Source: Mustelus asterias (taxonomy: Eukaryota). Taken from it: a stretch of DNA of 64,000 nt. The number at the start of each line of letters is the position of its first letter. The stretch's first letter is position 1. The notes below the pieces were generated by a model, which had not been told where the DNA came from, did not search any database, and saw only the letters and a list, made by a program, of their open reading frames with translations. Shown piece by piece: positions 39,174-53,418 of the stretch. Location of the stretch: NCBI RefSeq assembly GCF_964213995.1, contig NC_135812.1:43834001-43898000 (forward strand). The letters run 5' to 3'. The position numbers and the translations under genes are program-made.

Positions 39174-40768
39174 TTAAGTTCTTTAGTCCCAAATATATTT
39201 ATTGTCAGGCTTGGCTGACAAACTGGATAATACTGCTGTGATTCAAGTTTTAATGAAAAACAGGCTTGTACCCAAAACAGAGAACAACTAACTGCAATTA
39301 AAAAAGGCTCACAGCCAGACCAATCACGCCAAAATAGGGAAAGAATACTACTTGGAGCAAACAGAATAAAATGCAAATTGCATCCAAGCGTGTGCTAATA
39401 TGTTACCAAAGATTTCAGAACAGCTTTTTGTTAAAAACAGAAAGAATCAAAATTTCTTTTGTGGCCGTTTTACCCTGCATAAAAATCCAATTTCGTAAAA
39501 GAACCTTGCATATGCATACCAGATATTTAATGAGCTTCCTAAAGTTGTACGATTCTGGTTGCTCACATACTCATCTGAGGCAGACAACGCACTGGCGTCA
39601 AACACAAAACTAATTTGTCCATTGAATTATTGTAGCCCATCCACTGCCTGACAGAATATCACTCTTGCACAGCTTCTGCTCAGACACAATGCCTATATTA
39701 ATTGATGAGTTTAATATCAATTCAACATGTGCAAGTATATTAATGATAACAATAAATTTGTGTTTGATCTTTGTACATGATGACAACCTAAAACTGAATG
39801 TAAAATTCCTACCAGATTTAAGGTGATTTTTAAAAAAGTTAGTCATTCTTAAGACGTTTTCCTTTGCCACATTCTGCTTTTATAATAAGATCTAAGATTT
39901 TAAGACATCAGTAATGATAGATGGTGCAGTAGCATCAATACTGCAAGGCTTCAAACAAACATTTTCATAGCAAGCCACGTTGCCAGACAGAGTTTGTTTG
40001 TGCAACTAGTTTGATACTTAGCTTCGCAAAAAGGAATGCACAAAAAGACACTGCAGTTAGCACTGACTAAGATCTCGATTCTCAAAACAAATCTTTTTGA
40101 AATCAGAGGTTACATTCCATAGAGCCTTTAAGTTGAAAACTCCCACAGGTTCTAATTTCATTGGATTGAATTAACCAATTCAGTGCCTGAATAAATTGAT
40201 CAGATGTGCCCCGCCTTTACCTGATTTATGAAATATTCAAATCAGAATAGGCCAATACTAAAAGATTAACTGCACAAATGTTTTATACACAAGTGACAGG
40301 AATGTCCAATTATCAACAGATGCTTTTAGCTTTAGTTCAATTTAATAGTTTATCTTCTAATCCCAAAATGAGCATCATCCTGTTTAGGGACTTGCACATT
40401 CTAAAACTCTCAAAATCTTTATGTTCAGCTACTGCAATTCAGAAAATTATTTCTATTGCACATTAATAAATATAAAACGGGAACTTCTTTAGCCTATTTC
40501 CTGTGCCAACCAATAAATTCACATTTACACCAACACACAGGATCTCAGGTTAACAAGTGACAACCTACATAAAATATTTATCTCCCCAAAAACCTATACA
40601 GCCTTGAAACATATTTCAGGTGTGCAAAAGCTTTTGCAAAGCAATGTCCGTACACTACAGAGTTCTTTAAGTTTGTACTTAAATGAATACTTAAGATATG
40701 AAATGTCACCAATTATTAGCCATTTAAATCCCACATCTTTTAACAGAAATGTTTCTAATATTGCATAC

Positions 40769-40984
40769 CTTTTTCCTTGGGCCCAAATCAGTTGGTAGAT
40801 CCTTTTCCTTTCTTCGCTTGAGTCCCAGACCATCGTCAGATTTCCGCCTGTTTGGATGATATTCCTCCATTTTGGGACGTCCGAGATCTTCAGACTTCCG
40901 TCTCCCTCCATCTTCACCTTCTTTAAACTCCTTTAAGAGAGACCCAGGAAGATTGGAGGCGAATTTAAACCCAGGGCCTCTCTT
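40769..40984 (-). CDS. KDM2B/FBXL19: Basic linker exon after PHD (72 codons)
   Basis: KRGPGFKFASNLPGSLLKEFKEGEDGGRRKSEDLG...KRRKEKDLPTDLGPRKK; acceptor tcttcatacag, donor AAG|gtatgc; 216 nt. Confidence 0.93.
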
Positions 40985-41467
40985 CTGTATGAAGATCGGA
41001 AATGGGAATAAACGCACATTACCACCCGCTATTGCAGAGAAGCTTGCGCTGCGCTGCCTGGTGTGGTATGTGGTCTACATGTATTTTACTTTAATCCATT
41101 TGTCCTTTGTGTTTTGCTTATAAGTACAAAGCTACATATGTAGCAATAAAATTTACAAACTCTCATTTCCCAAAAAATCTTGCACCATAAACATGGCTTG
41201 GCTTAATCCCTATTTTTTCTTTTAAATATTGCATAATAATAATGTCCCATTTATCTCCTTAAAACTAATTTGAACTTTGTTATACAGCTGTTCTTTAGCG
41301 TGTTGGTGCATTTACAGTATTCAACATTTTTTTGCAATGCCGTACAAGCATATCCATAAATACAATGCTAATGTAAAGTTTAATTATATGCAGTCAACAT
41401 CCATGTAGTTGAAGTCTGATATGGGGTAACCTGAAATTTTTATTTTGACCATAACTGTATAACATCT

Positions 41468-42228
41468 GGGGCAAAATTCTCCCCCAAAACTTCTAAGTGT
41501 CCCCAGCAGGAAAGCTGGTGAAATTCCCATTTTGGTGCAAATCAGTTCACAATTCACCCACACAGAAATTTATTTTAAGCCTTGGAAATTTTTATTGAAT
41601 TCTTAATTTTTTTTTGTAGTGGGGACCTAAAGATGCCAGCAAGGCCAGTTCCTCGGAGATTGGGTGCCCTTTTTAAAGGGCGCCCCAAACTCCCGACAAC
41701 CCTACACGTCATCCCCCAACCCCCATGCATTGGCAAAGCCATACCATCCCCAGTGAGCGACACCCTGCAACGGGGTCAAAGGCTACCCCCCTCTTCAGGA
41801 GCTCCCCAGCACTGCCAACCTGACACCCTGACAGTGGCAACCCAGCAGTGCCACTGTCAAGTTGGCCCTGCCAGGGTGCCAGGGCATTACCCAGCCAATT
41901 CTCCGATCACCCCGGGGCTTCAATGGCCTCAGAGCCCCCAGTTTGTGGAGACCAGGAGTATTTGCATCAGGTTCACACTGTGGCCAAGGATCAGAGATTC
42001 GCAGTAACTAGGTGAATCTGGCTCTAAACCAACCCTGCATATTTAGATATACTAATCTGGTTCATGCCCTCACTGGGCATGAACCAGATTACATCAGACC
42101 CGCAGAGCTGCAGAATCCCAAAAGGTGTTCTTGCCAGCATTAACTGCACTATGGTCCCTCCCCCATGATTCTCGTTCTCTGGTCCAGCACGATTTGCACT
42201 AGAGCATTGAGGCCAGAGAATCACACCC
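41468..42228. mobile_element. Non-autonomous Harbinger-like DNA transposon
   Basis: Imperfect TIRs ggggcaaaattctc...gagaatcacacccc; GC-rich interior similar to 59930-60420. Confidence 0.55.
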
Positions 42229-43040
42229 CTAATAAAGATCTCAAGCTCCATGCTTTTTCTCACCTCTCATCATCAGTGGAGAGAGAATCAGAGTTAACAT
42301 CGAATCCAACATTCAACTCAAACCGTCAAATCTGCTTCTCTCTTCCTGCACAGAGATATTGTAAGTTGCAGAAGCTTTTCCAAGCCTTGACCACATTATC
42401 CAGTGAGACTTGGCCTGTTGGGTTACTTGGAGACTTGGGGGCTGTCACCCATCGGAGTTCAAAACTCGCAGATCAATAATCAATGTCATGGAATTTTGCA
42501 GAGTTGCCTGGATTGCCTAGTCCATCTGAGCAGACTTGGTTACAATTATTTTTGGTTGGCATTTTTATTGCCAGGCAGGTCACTAAATATTTTTGAAAGT
42601 GGTGCTTTGGTGGTAGAGGGATGGAGATATATTGAAACAGAACTTACTCATCATTGTACTCCAAAACTCTTGAGATAAAGGAGCTTTTAAATTTTGTTTT
42701 ATACCTTTGCATTACTCAAATCTCTTTGCTTTTCCACAGCCACAAGACTGTCAAATTAAGAAAATATTTTGATTTGTCTCAGATCTATAAAGTGAAGGGA
42801 GGGAACAAGATGTTGGTGGGGGGAGGAGGAAGATGAAAGATTCCCTCCATTTTACAACAGATTACACAGGAGAAAATTGGAAGCACATCTGTGTAAGATT
42901 TTGAAACAAGCAGGATTTATTTGTTGTTTAGCTTCAAATAATTCCTCATCAGAGATTAACATGGTCCCCTCAGCTGTGTATATTAGGTTTGGCATTTCTT
43001 TTCAATTGTGTATTTCTTTTCTAAAGAAATCAGTACTTAC

Positions 43041-43127
43041 TTTGCCTGTTTTTCCTTCCTGGTTACACTTTGGACATTCCCAGCAATTTGGCAACTCATC
43101 ATTTATAAGTCCTTCAGACTCTTCCAC
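43041..43127 (-). CDS. KDM2B/FBXL19: Exon encoding C-terminal part of PHD finger (29 codons; absent from ORF track)
   Basis: Hand translation [29 protein letters not shown]; acceptor tttttaatattag, donor AAA|gtaagt; 87 nt. Confidence 0.95.
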
Positions 43128-44139
43128 CTAATATTAAAAAAGTACATATATTATACACACACCTTTTTGGGCAATTAGAGATGAGGAATAAATGCTGGCC
43201 TAGCTGGCAACATTCATACTCATGAATGAATAAATATAAAAAAGACAAGACAAATACAAAACTGTTGCAAATCAAAAAATAGCTAGGTAACTGGAAAAGA
43301 TGTTATCAATATCTGCTATGTAATGTACATCAGACAAATATCTAGCTATGTTACTGTTTTTTTTCCAGAAGAGAACAGGCTGTATTTTGATTGAAAAGTT
43401 GAACAATACACAGCGCAATTTCAGAGTCCAAAGTTAATCTGAAAATTTTGCTATGTTTGCTTGCGATGTTTCAATGTCTGTGTGCAACCTGTTTAATCTC
43501 AAGCAGCATACAAAACTTGCTCACATGACCCTTCTTGACCAGCTGTGACATTCAGAAATCTTAGCTCCTTGGGAATGCCTCAAGTGTCACATGGCAGATA
43601 TGAAAATTAGTCCAAATTTTAACAAAGCATCATTGAACCTTTGTGCACAGTAATGGACTGCAAACTTAATTGAAAGGGGTCAAATGCAAACAAGTTCAGG
43701 GCAGGCTGACTTTCTGCATCCTGGACTGCAGGAGATGGCAAAGTTCCAAGACTCTCTTGTTGACGCAGTGTCAGTGATAAAGACAGATCTCCTCAGCATG
43801 TGCAAGTAGTTCAGGCAGGCTCTAAAGAACTCCCTCCATGGCACATTCGACTGCCTACATCCTAGGTGAACCCCTTGTCCTCTGCGTCCTGGTTGGCAAG
43901 GCCGCAGAGGACAACTCTACTCTACAAGTTTAGGGTGTTTACAGATAGCTTTTAACTTGATTCAATGATAGGAGATGAAAAGGTGGTAAATGTATTTATA
44001 AATAAAAACACCAGACCAAGTTGAATATCAGCAAAAAAACCCTCTCACAAAATAGCCAAACACATCCAGAAAGATGTCATTCTCAAATGCATCCAATTTT
44101 ACACAGGTCTTCTGGGACAAACCACGGAGCAGATGTTTT

Positions 44140-44443
44140 AGCGGCATGATGGCACAATGGTTAGCACTGCTGTCTCACAGCGCCAGGGGTCCGGGTTCAA
44201 TTCCCGGCTTGGGTCACTGTCTATGAGGAGTTTGCACATTCTACCTGTGTCTGTGTGGGTTTCCTCCAGGTTCCTCCCACAGTCCGAAGATGTACAGGTT
44301 AGGCGGATTGACCATGTTAAATTGACCCTTAGTGGACTAGCTAGGGCAAATGCATGGGGTTATGGGGATAGGGCCTGGGTGGGATTGTGGTTAGTGTAGA
44401 CTCAATGGGCCGAATGGCCTCCTTCTGCAATGTAGGATTCTAT
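44140..44443 (+). mobile_element. HE1-type V-SINE
   Basis: Head, V domain and tail present. Confidence 0.85.
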
Positions 44444-45289
44444 GAAAGCACAAATTTTACTTCCACAGTTTTTGAACATTTAATTAGGTTCTCATGTATC
44501 CACAGCAACTATTTCCAAAGGATCTCGGTGCAGCAGTGAGTCCAGCCACAGGATCATTATGTATGGCACAGAGGGGATCGTTTGGTCCAACTGATCCTGC
44601 CTGTTCTCAGTACTGCAATCCAAATCAACCCCATTCTCCTGCAAGTTTATTTCCTCAAATGTCCATCCGATTTTCTTTTGAATCATTCATTGTCTCCACT
44701 TCCACCACCCTGGTAAATTTCCCTGCAGATTTGCTTCTCTATATCTCTCTCACTTATTTGGAGGCCAAGAAAATCTCCCAGTAATGTGGTCATCCCCTTT
44801 TTGCTTCTCAACTCCAACCAATTCTACTGACTCACAACATTTATGAGTCAACCCATTGACAAGCACTATGGCAAAATTTGCCCTTTATTTCTAACACTGC
44901 TCTCCAGAAATGAAACACCTATCAAATGCTGAATCTAAATATAACTGCTTATTGGCAGCTGTGAATTATCCATCATTCTCTGCAAGAAAACCCAAGTTTC
45001 AGCAATGATGGGTATTTAGTAGCACTCCACTCTAGTCTCTGGTCCTGGGAAACCACTAAATTACATGCAGAATAAATATAAGCTATAGGGGTAGTAGTCA
45101 CATTGCAGAGTTATAGTCAGTGGTTGAATGAAGCACTTGTAAGACATAAAACCTACCAATTTAATTTCCATATTTTGTCAGGTTTTCAAAATAGTAATTA
45201 TTTCATGGCAGATTTCTATGATTTACTCATTGCAATGTTCATTATTGTGACAAATTATTATAGCATCATCTTCTGCATGTAATTAATAA

Positions 45290-47340
45290 ACTGGTACTCG
45301 GAGGAGTGGGTCCTGTTGGGAAACAAAATGGTGATATATGCTTAGAGGTACAGGACAAAACTTGATGAGTGCTTTGTATTGAGTATTTACTAAGGAGAAG
45401 GAATCTGAAAAAATAACAGAAGTGGAGACAGTAGAAGTAATGGATAGGATGAAAGCAGAGCTGGGAAGGTGTGGAGGTGCTAGCAAAGCCAGCTATGCTT
45501 AGGGTAGATAAGTCACCTGGTCCAGATGTCTTGCATCCTAGGTTGCTGAAGGAAGTTGGGGTGGAGGTATTTGGAGGGGTTTCCATATCTTCGCTACATT
45601 CCAATCTTCTCTAGACATGGGGGAAACGTCAGAAGATTGGAGAGTGGCAAATGTGACATCCTTGCTCAAGAAAGGATGTCAAGACAATCCTAGCAACTAC
45701 AGTTTATCACAGTGGGTAAGGCTTTAGAAAGAAATCATGGAAAAATAAAATCAGACATTTGGAGAGGATTAAGTTAATAGTCAGCATAGGTTTATGAAAG
45801 GCAGATAAGGCTTGACTAATCTAATTTTGAATAGATAACAGAAAGGGTTGAAGAAAGGATGTGATGGATGTTATCTATATGGATTTTAAGAAAATATTTG
45901 ACCAAGTACCACATAAAAGACTAGTTTTCAAAATTGAGGCTGACAGAATAAGCAGATCAGTATTCAATTTGACAAAAATAATTCACTAAAGGACAGAAAA
46001 CAGTGAGTTGTGGTAAGTGTTTTTTCATATTGTTAGATGTTAAACAGTGGTGTTCCATGGGTCTATACAAGGATCACTTTTTTTGCTATACATAAATGAC
46101 TTGGATCTTGGAATAGAGATTGGAAGTTTAAAAATTTGCCAATGATACAAAACTTGAAGGATTGGCAACAAGATTACTGTAGGTCTTATTACTACAGCTT
46201 TAATTGGGTGGCATGGTGGAAAGCACTGATGTCTCACAACACCAGAGACCTGGGTTCAATTCCTGCCATGGGGGACTGTCTGTGTGGAGTTTGCACGTTT
46301 TCCCAGTGTCTGCATGGGTTTCCTCAGGTGCTCCGGTTTCCTCCAACACTCCAAAAGATGTACGGGTTAGGTTGATTGGCCATGGTAAAATGCCCCTTAG
46401 TGGCAGCAGGATTAGCAAGGTAAATATGTGGTTTTCAGGAATAGGGCCCAGGTGGAATTATAGTCAATGCAGGCTTGATGGGCCAAATGGCCTCCTCCTC
46501 CACTGGAGGGATTTTATGTATATAGGTCGTCTGCAACATTGCATACAGACTAGGAGAATAGGCAGGCAGTGTCAGATGGAATTTAGGCAGGCTGCTGCAA
46601 TTTGAAATAAAACAGATGAGAGAGAATATAGAGTTAATAGCACAGTGCTAACGAATGGTGCAGGGAATAAAGGGACCTGGGAGTGCATGTGAATTAATCT
46701 TTGAAGATGACAGGACATATTCAGAGAATGGTGAGCAAAAAACATTTGGGATTAGGGCTTCATAAATGGAGATGCTGAGTACAAAACCAGGAAAATTGCA
46801 TTGAAACTAAATAAAACTCTGGTTAGAGTATTGCATCCAGTTCTGGTCATCATGTTTAAGATAGGATGTGAGGGATCTTGAGAGGTTGCAGAAAAGATTT
46901 ACCAGAAAAGGTCCAGAGGGGAAGGATTTTAATTACAAGGTTGGGTTGGAAAAACTGGCATTGCTCTCTCTGGTGACTGAGGGGACATTTGATAGATTAC
47001 AAAATTCTGACAGGCTTAGATAAAATAGATAAAGAAAATCCATTCCATGATGGCACAACGATAAGGGACACAGATTTAAGGTTTTGGGCAAAAGATGCAG
47101 GGGAAATGTGAGGAGGAACTTTATTTTATACACAGGGACTGGTAATGACCTGGAACTCTGCCCACAAGCATGGTGGAAGTGTAAGTTTGAAAGATCTCAA
47201 AAGGAAATTGGATGAGCAATTAAGGAAATAAACCTGCAGGGCTCCATGGGGATTGAGCAGGGGGAGTGGGACTGACTAGACTCCGCAGCATGGATTTGAT
47301 AGGCCAAATTGCCGCCTCCTGTGCTGTAAATGACTATGAT
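45290..47340 (+). mobile_element. Old CR1 ORF2 remnant with a V-SINE inserted at ~46206-46519
   Basis: gataagtcacctggtccagatg (KSPGPD), tatatggattttaagaaa (YMDF), decayed 3' end. Confidence 0.75.
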
Positions 47341-47488
47341 CTCTGACACCAATCTATTCACTTAAAACAACCCATTTGCTCTCTCACAACATACACATTA
47401 AGCCTACTGCAAATCCTTCAAATCTGAAAAATGCAAGATTTTAGGAGTTTTAAAATATGACCTGTCAGGTCAACTAGATCAAGAATAC

Positions 47489-47632
47489 CTTTAAACATCC
47501 TGGGTGTAAGATTTCATTGCAGATGGAGCATTCCATTAAGCTAGCATTAAATTTCTCTGCTTCATCCACCACATTGTCTTCCTTTCCTGCCTCACCGCAG
47601 ATCTTGCAGACAGCAGTGTGTGGTAAAACAGG
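47489..47632 (-). CDS. KDM2B/FBXL19: Exon encoding N-terminal part of PHD finger (48 codons)
   Basis: [48 protein letters not shown]; acceptor ttattgcag, donor AAG|gtattc; 144 nt, in phase with neighbours. Confidence 0.96.
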
Positions 47633-48134
47633 CTGCAATAAAGTGTTAGAGGTCAATAAATTCTAGCCTAAAATAATATGCAATGTAAAACACGCCATTT
47701 GTGACACAACCATTCATAGCCTTAACATAAATGTGGCATTTTGGAACTCATGATAAATTTGGTGATGACAGTGCAGGTAGCAGTACCAATGCATTATGCT
47801 ACAAAGTTCCACGAGTACAGGTTTAATCTCACTTTAATCTTCCTAATTTTAGTTTAATTGTTGAGCAGAGGTAAGAAATTTCCTAATGGGAAGGAAAATT
47901 GTATGTCAGGCTACCGTGGTGTACATTAGTTATTGGTGAAAAACAGCACTTTTACACACTTTGGTGATTATACTCGCACCATTCCCAAAGGAAATACTAA
48001 ACCTAGGAAAGGGGAAATTCTTGATGTGAACCTACACACTCTCAGGCCCGTGACATAAAGTGAACCCTGTATTGCTACAGGGCTCATTAGCTCTTATGAA
48101 AGAATGCAAAACTTCATAGCATGGTTAATACCGT

Positions 48135-48275
48135 GCCAAGATAAAAGCAAAATACTGCGGATGCTGGAATTTGAAACAAAAACAGAAAATGCTGGAAAAA
48201 CTCAGCAGGTCTGACCGCATCTGTGGAGAGGGAATAGAGCCAACGTTGTGTCCAGATGACCCTTCATCAGGTTGA
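48135..48275 (-). mobile_element. PLE family B terminal fragment with degenerate hammerhead (CTGATGA core)
   Basis: Homologous to 4005-4140; minus strand CTGATGAAGGGTCATCTGGACAC. Confidence 0.7.
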
Positions 48276-48944
48276 ACATAACCATTCGCAACCTTGTTGT
48301 CAGAGTTGACCACAAGATGAGCTTTCAACCACATATCTGTCCTATCATTACCTCGAAAATCACCCGACTCCCTGCCTTAGCTCTTCTGCTGCTGAAACCC
48401 TAACTGATGCCTTTGGTCTCTCCAAATTTGAAGTTGTGATCGCTTAGCTCCATCTATCAACATACTTCTTCACTGTTTAGCAATTTGTGGTCCTTGTTGT
48501 AGCTTCACTGGATTGGGACCTCATTTTAAAATGTGCTTGGTGCTGCTCCCAACATGCCCTCTTACATCCTCAATGAACTCCACTGGTTCCTTTGCTTGAC
48601 GGAATGGTCAAGTAAACGCAAACTGCAGTGATTCAAGGGGGAGGTTCACCACCACCTTGTCAAGGGTAATTAGGGGTGAGCAACAGATGCTGGCCTTGCC
48701 AGAAATGCTCACATCCCATGGAAAGATAATAAAAAAATTCATTCAAAACTCTATTTAAAATTACATGAAATGTCATTCACCAATCACTTGTGTGCTCTTT
48801 GACCTACACGGGCTCCCAATTTAATAAAATCATTAATAATCTCATCCTCATTTTCAAATCTTTCCATGGCCTGGCCCTTCCCATCTCTGTGATCTCATCC
48901 AACCCTATAAGGCAGAAAGGCAGTTCGAGGGGGATCTGCCTACT

Positions 48945-51555
48945 GAGGGATGAAGTTAGAAATAGGAAAGGAGCGGTCACATTGTTAGGAGTTGTCTATA
49001 GGCCCCCAAATAGTAATAGAGATGTGGAGGAAGAAATTGCAAAGCAGATTATGGATAGGTGTGGAGGTCACAGGGTAGTTGTCATGGGTGACTTTAACTT
49101 TCCAAATATTGATTGGAACCTTTATAGGTCGAATAGTTCGGATGGGGCAGTTTTTGTACAGTGTGTGCAGGAGGGTTTCCTGACACAATATGTGGATAGG
49201 CCGACAAGAGGTGAGGCCACATTGGATTTGGTACTGGGAAATGAACCGGGCCAAGTGTTAGATTTGGTTGTGGGAGAGCACTTTGGAGATAGTGACCACA
49301 ATTCGGTGTCTTTCGTTATTGCAATGGAGAGGGATAGGACCATACGGCAGGGCAAGGTTTATAATTGGGGGAAGGGTAGTTATGATGCGATTAGAAAAGA
49401 ATTAGGGAGCATAAGATGGGAACAGAAACTGTCAGGGAAAGGCACAAATGAAAAGTGGAGCTTGTTCAAGGAATAAATACTGCGTGTCCTTGATAGGTAT
49501 GTCCCTGTCAGGCAGGGAGGAAATGGCCGAGTGAGGGAACCATGGTTCACAAAAGAGGTTGAATGTCTTGTCAAGAGGAAGGAGGAAGCGTATGTAAGGA
49601 TGAGAAAACAAGGTTCAGTTGGGTCCATTGAGGGTTACAAGTTAGCAAGGAATGAGCTGAAAAAAGGGCTTAGGAGACTCGGAGGGGGCATGAGAAGTCC
49701 TTGGCGGGTCGGATCAAGGAAAACCCCAAGGCCTTTTACTCTTATGTGAGGAATAAAAGAATGACCAGGGTGAGGTTAGGGCCGGTCAGGGACAGTAGTG
49801 GGAACTTGTGCATGGAGTCAGAAGAGATAGGAGAGGCGATGAATGAATACTTTTCTTCAGTGTTCACCAAGGAGAGGGGCCATGTTTTTGAGGATGTGTG
49901 AGATACAGGCTGATAGGCTGGAGGAGGCGGACGTTCTGAGGGAAGATGTATTAGCAATTTTGAAAAACCTGAAGGTCGATAAGTCCCCTGGGCCAGAGAG
50001 ATATATCCTAGGATTCTTTGGGAGGCAAGGGATGAGATTGCAGAGCCTTTGGCTTTGATCTTTCGGTCCTCACTGTCCACGGGGATAGTCATGATGTGGA
50101 GACGCCGGGGATAGTAGTGCCAGAGGACTGGAGAGTGGCGAATGTTGAATGTTGTTCCTCTGTTCAAGAAAGGAAATAGGAATGACCCTGGTAATTGTAG
50201 GCCGGTTAGTCTTACTTGGGTGGTCGGCAAGTTAATAGAAAAGGTCCTGAGGGATAGGATTTATGACCATTTGGAAAGATGCAGCTTAATCCGGGATAGT
50301 CAACATGGATTCGTGAAGGGCAAGTCTTGCCTCACAAATTTGATTGAATTTTTTGAGGAGGTAACTAAGTGTGTCGATGAGGGTAGAGCAGTTGATGTCA
50401 TATACATGGATTTTAGAAAGGCGTTTGATAAGGTTCCCCATAGTCGGCTCATGAAGAAAGTAAGGAGGTGTGGGATAGAGGGAAATTTAGCCAATTGGAT
50501 AAGTAACTGGCTATCTCATAGAAGACAGAGGGTGGTGGTGGATGGAAAATTTTCAGACTGGAGACCAGTTACCAGCGGTGTACCACAAGGATCAGTGCTG
50601 GGTCCTCTGCTACTTGTGATTTTTATAAATGACTTGGAGGAAGGGGCTGAAGGGTGGATCAGTAAATTTGCAGATGACACCAAGATTGGTGGAGTAATGG
50701 ATGAGGTGGAGGGCTGTTGTAGGCTGCAAAGAGACATTGATAGGATGCAGAGCTGGGCCGAAAAATGGCAGATGGAGTTTAACCCTGATAAGTGCGAGGT
50801 GATTCATTTTGGTAGGACAAATTTGAATGCGATTACAGGGTCAAACGTAGGGTTCTGAGGAATGTGGAGGAACAGAGAGATCTTGGGGTTCATATCCACA
50901 GATCTCTGAAGGTTGCCACTCAAGTGGATAGAGCCGTGAAGAAGGTCTATAGTGTGTTAGCGTTTATTAACAGGGGGATTGAGTTTAAGAGCCATGGGGT
51001 TATGCTGCAACTGTACAGGACCTTGGTGAGACCATATTTGGAATATTGTGTGCAGTTCTGGTCACCTCACTATAAGAAGGATGTGGAAAGAGTGCAAAGG
51101 AGATTTACCAGGATGCTGCCTGGTTTGGAGGGTAGGTCTTATGAGCAAAGGTTGAGGGAGCTAGGGCTTTTCTCTTTAGAGCGGAGGAGGTTGAGAGGCG
51201 ACTTAATAAAGGTTTATAAAATGATGAGGGGGATAGATAGAGTGGACGTTCAGAGACTATTTCCTCGGGTGGATGTAGCTGTTACTAGGGGGCATAACTA
51301 TGAGGTTCGTGGTGGAAGATATAGGAGGGATGTACGAGGTAGGTTCTTTACTCAGAGTGGTTGGGGTGTGGAATGGACTGCCTGCTGTGATAGTGGAGTC
51401 GGACACTTTAGGAACTTTCAAGCAGTTATTGGACAGGCACATGGAGCACACTAGAATGATAGGGAGTGGGATGGCTTGATCTTGGTTTCGGAAAAGGTCC
51501 GGCACAACATCGTGGGCCGAAGGGCCTGTACTGTGCTGTACTGTTCTATGTTCTA
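48945..51555 (+). mobile_element. 5'-truncated CR1 ORF2 (APE and RT) inserted in an L2-like remnant
   Basis: GVVYRPPNS...GDFNFP...SDHN; [14 protein letters not shown]; [10 protein letters not shown]; FADDTK; tail ttctatgttcta. Confidence 0.95.
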
Positions 51556-53193
51556 TAACCCTCAGATATCTGCACTCCCCTAATTCCAGCTCGGGAACCT
51601 TCCTTATTTTAATCACACCAGCATTGAAGGCAGCGGTCGTCAGCCATCTAAACCCCAAGTTCCGAAATTCCCTCCCTAAACCTCGCCAACTCTCTACCTC
51701 TTTGACCAAGGTTTTAGTAACATGTTGTCATAGCTCCTATGTTGCTTGGTGCCATACTTTGTTTTATAATACTTCTGTAAAGTGGTTTGAAATGCTTTAT
51801 TACATTAAAGGCACTATATAAATTCTAGTTGTTGTTGAAGGGAGTTCAATTAAAAAAGGGAAGGTATTAAATTCAATATTTAAATGTATTCCTTAGGATC
51901 TACCTTACTTTCAAAGGCACTATGTTTTATTGTTTTAAGGTTCATCACAATCAGTACTCAGGTAAAATATATTTGCATGCACAAGTCAAATGAGCTCATG
52001 GTTTAACTGGTTATAGTTGTCTAATGGCCTTGGAAAGGTCCTACTGCCAGGAGTAATGTTGGACCACTGCCATTACAGCACTTGATTATATTTAAACAAC
52101 TAATCTTCATGAGCTTTCATTAAAAGGAAGTACATTTGAAAAGTTTAACCTTTCCTGATCCATGCCTTGAACTTTTATGTTCAGTTAAAGGGTCAAACGA
52201 GCAAACATTTTAAAATGGCAATTATAAATTCATTAGAATGAAACTTTTTATTCAATGTCATTATTTTGGTTAGCCACCTGCATTGGGGATTGTACACCAT
52301 CAACCAGCCTTATTTTTTGCTGTGATTCAAATATGTTCATAGAATCAGATTCCTCTCTACCACTTCTCTCTTCTGTTCCTCTACAATACAACAGTGACTA
52401 CATTTTAAAAATATTTAATTGGCTATAAAGCACTTTGGGACATCCAATGATCATGGAAAAGTGCTGTACAAATGCAAATTCTTTTTATTTATTCTTTGCC
52501 ACTCTTCAATATCTTTCCCCATCTCATCTTCACAATCATGTTGTAAAAACACCTTTCATCCATTCTTTAACACTTCAAAAGTGCAATAGTGGGATTTTGC
52601 AAGTTTTTCTCTGCATCTTCTGACTATAGCAGTTGTTTTATTCTAGCTAGCTCCATTAAAAAGTAATAATTGTCAGTCGCTTGAACATCGTCAGGACTTC
52701 TTATTGGATTGCATGAAATTGCACAATTCATACAAGAAGCCACATCATGCCACTAACAATATACAACAGCTCAAATAAGCAGTTATGGAAAAAGGGCTAG
52801 TGTGCGCAAAACAAGGTCATGTGACATGCTTGATTAGATAATGCACTACTATTTTTCCATTTGAGATCGAAAATGATTGTTTCCATCTCTTAACTATCCC
52901 ATCTTTACATAAAAGATAATAAACTACAGCTCAAGTGTGTATATGAAATGAATTTATCATACAAGGGAATGACCAATTCTATTCATCAGAACATTTAATG
53001 CAATATTTTCCATCAAATAATCAAAATAATGTTGTGACCTTTTACCAACATTTCTCCCCCCCAAAATAAGTTTAGGAATAGAAAGGGCTGCAACATTTCA
53101 AATATAAATTACAGGATAATCCCATTACCACTGAAATTGGCTTCTTCCAGAAATTAGCCAGCATAATTAAACATTCTATGTCCTTGCACTTAC

Positions 53194-53418
53194 AGCAATA
53201 CACTGTCTCTTGATACAGGACTGCTTCATTCTGCCAGGGCCTCCAAATTTCTTCATGTCTTTGCAGAAGTGACATTCGCCACACTCCGAGCGTAAGCAGG
53301 CTTCGCATTTGCGACATCGTGTCCTGCGTCTGCGTGCACCACTTGTTGATTTATGAACAAGTAGTTTAGGTCCCGATGAAGGGGCAGGCCGAGGTTTTAG
53401 TCTTGTTGAGGCCCTGGA
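53194..53418 (-). CDS. KDM2B/FBXL19: Exon encoding CXXC zinc finger of KDM2B/FBXL19-subfamily protein (75 codons, phase 0-0)
   Basis: [75 protein letters not shown]; acceptor ttttttaaacag, donor GCT|gtaagt; 225 nt. Confidence 0.96.
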
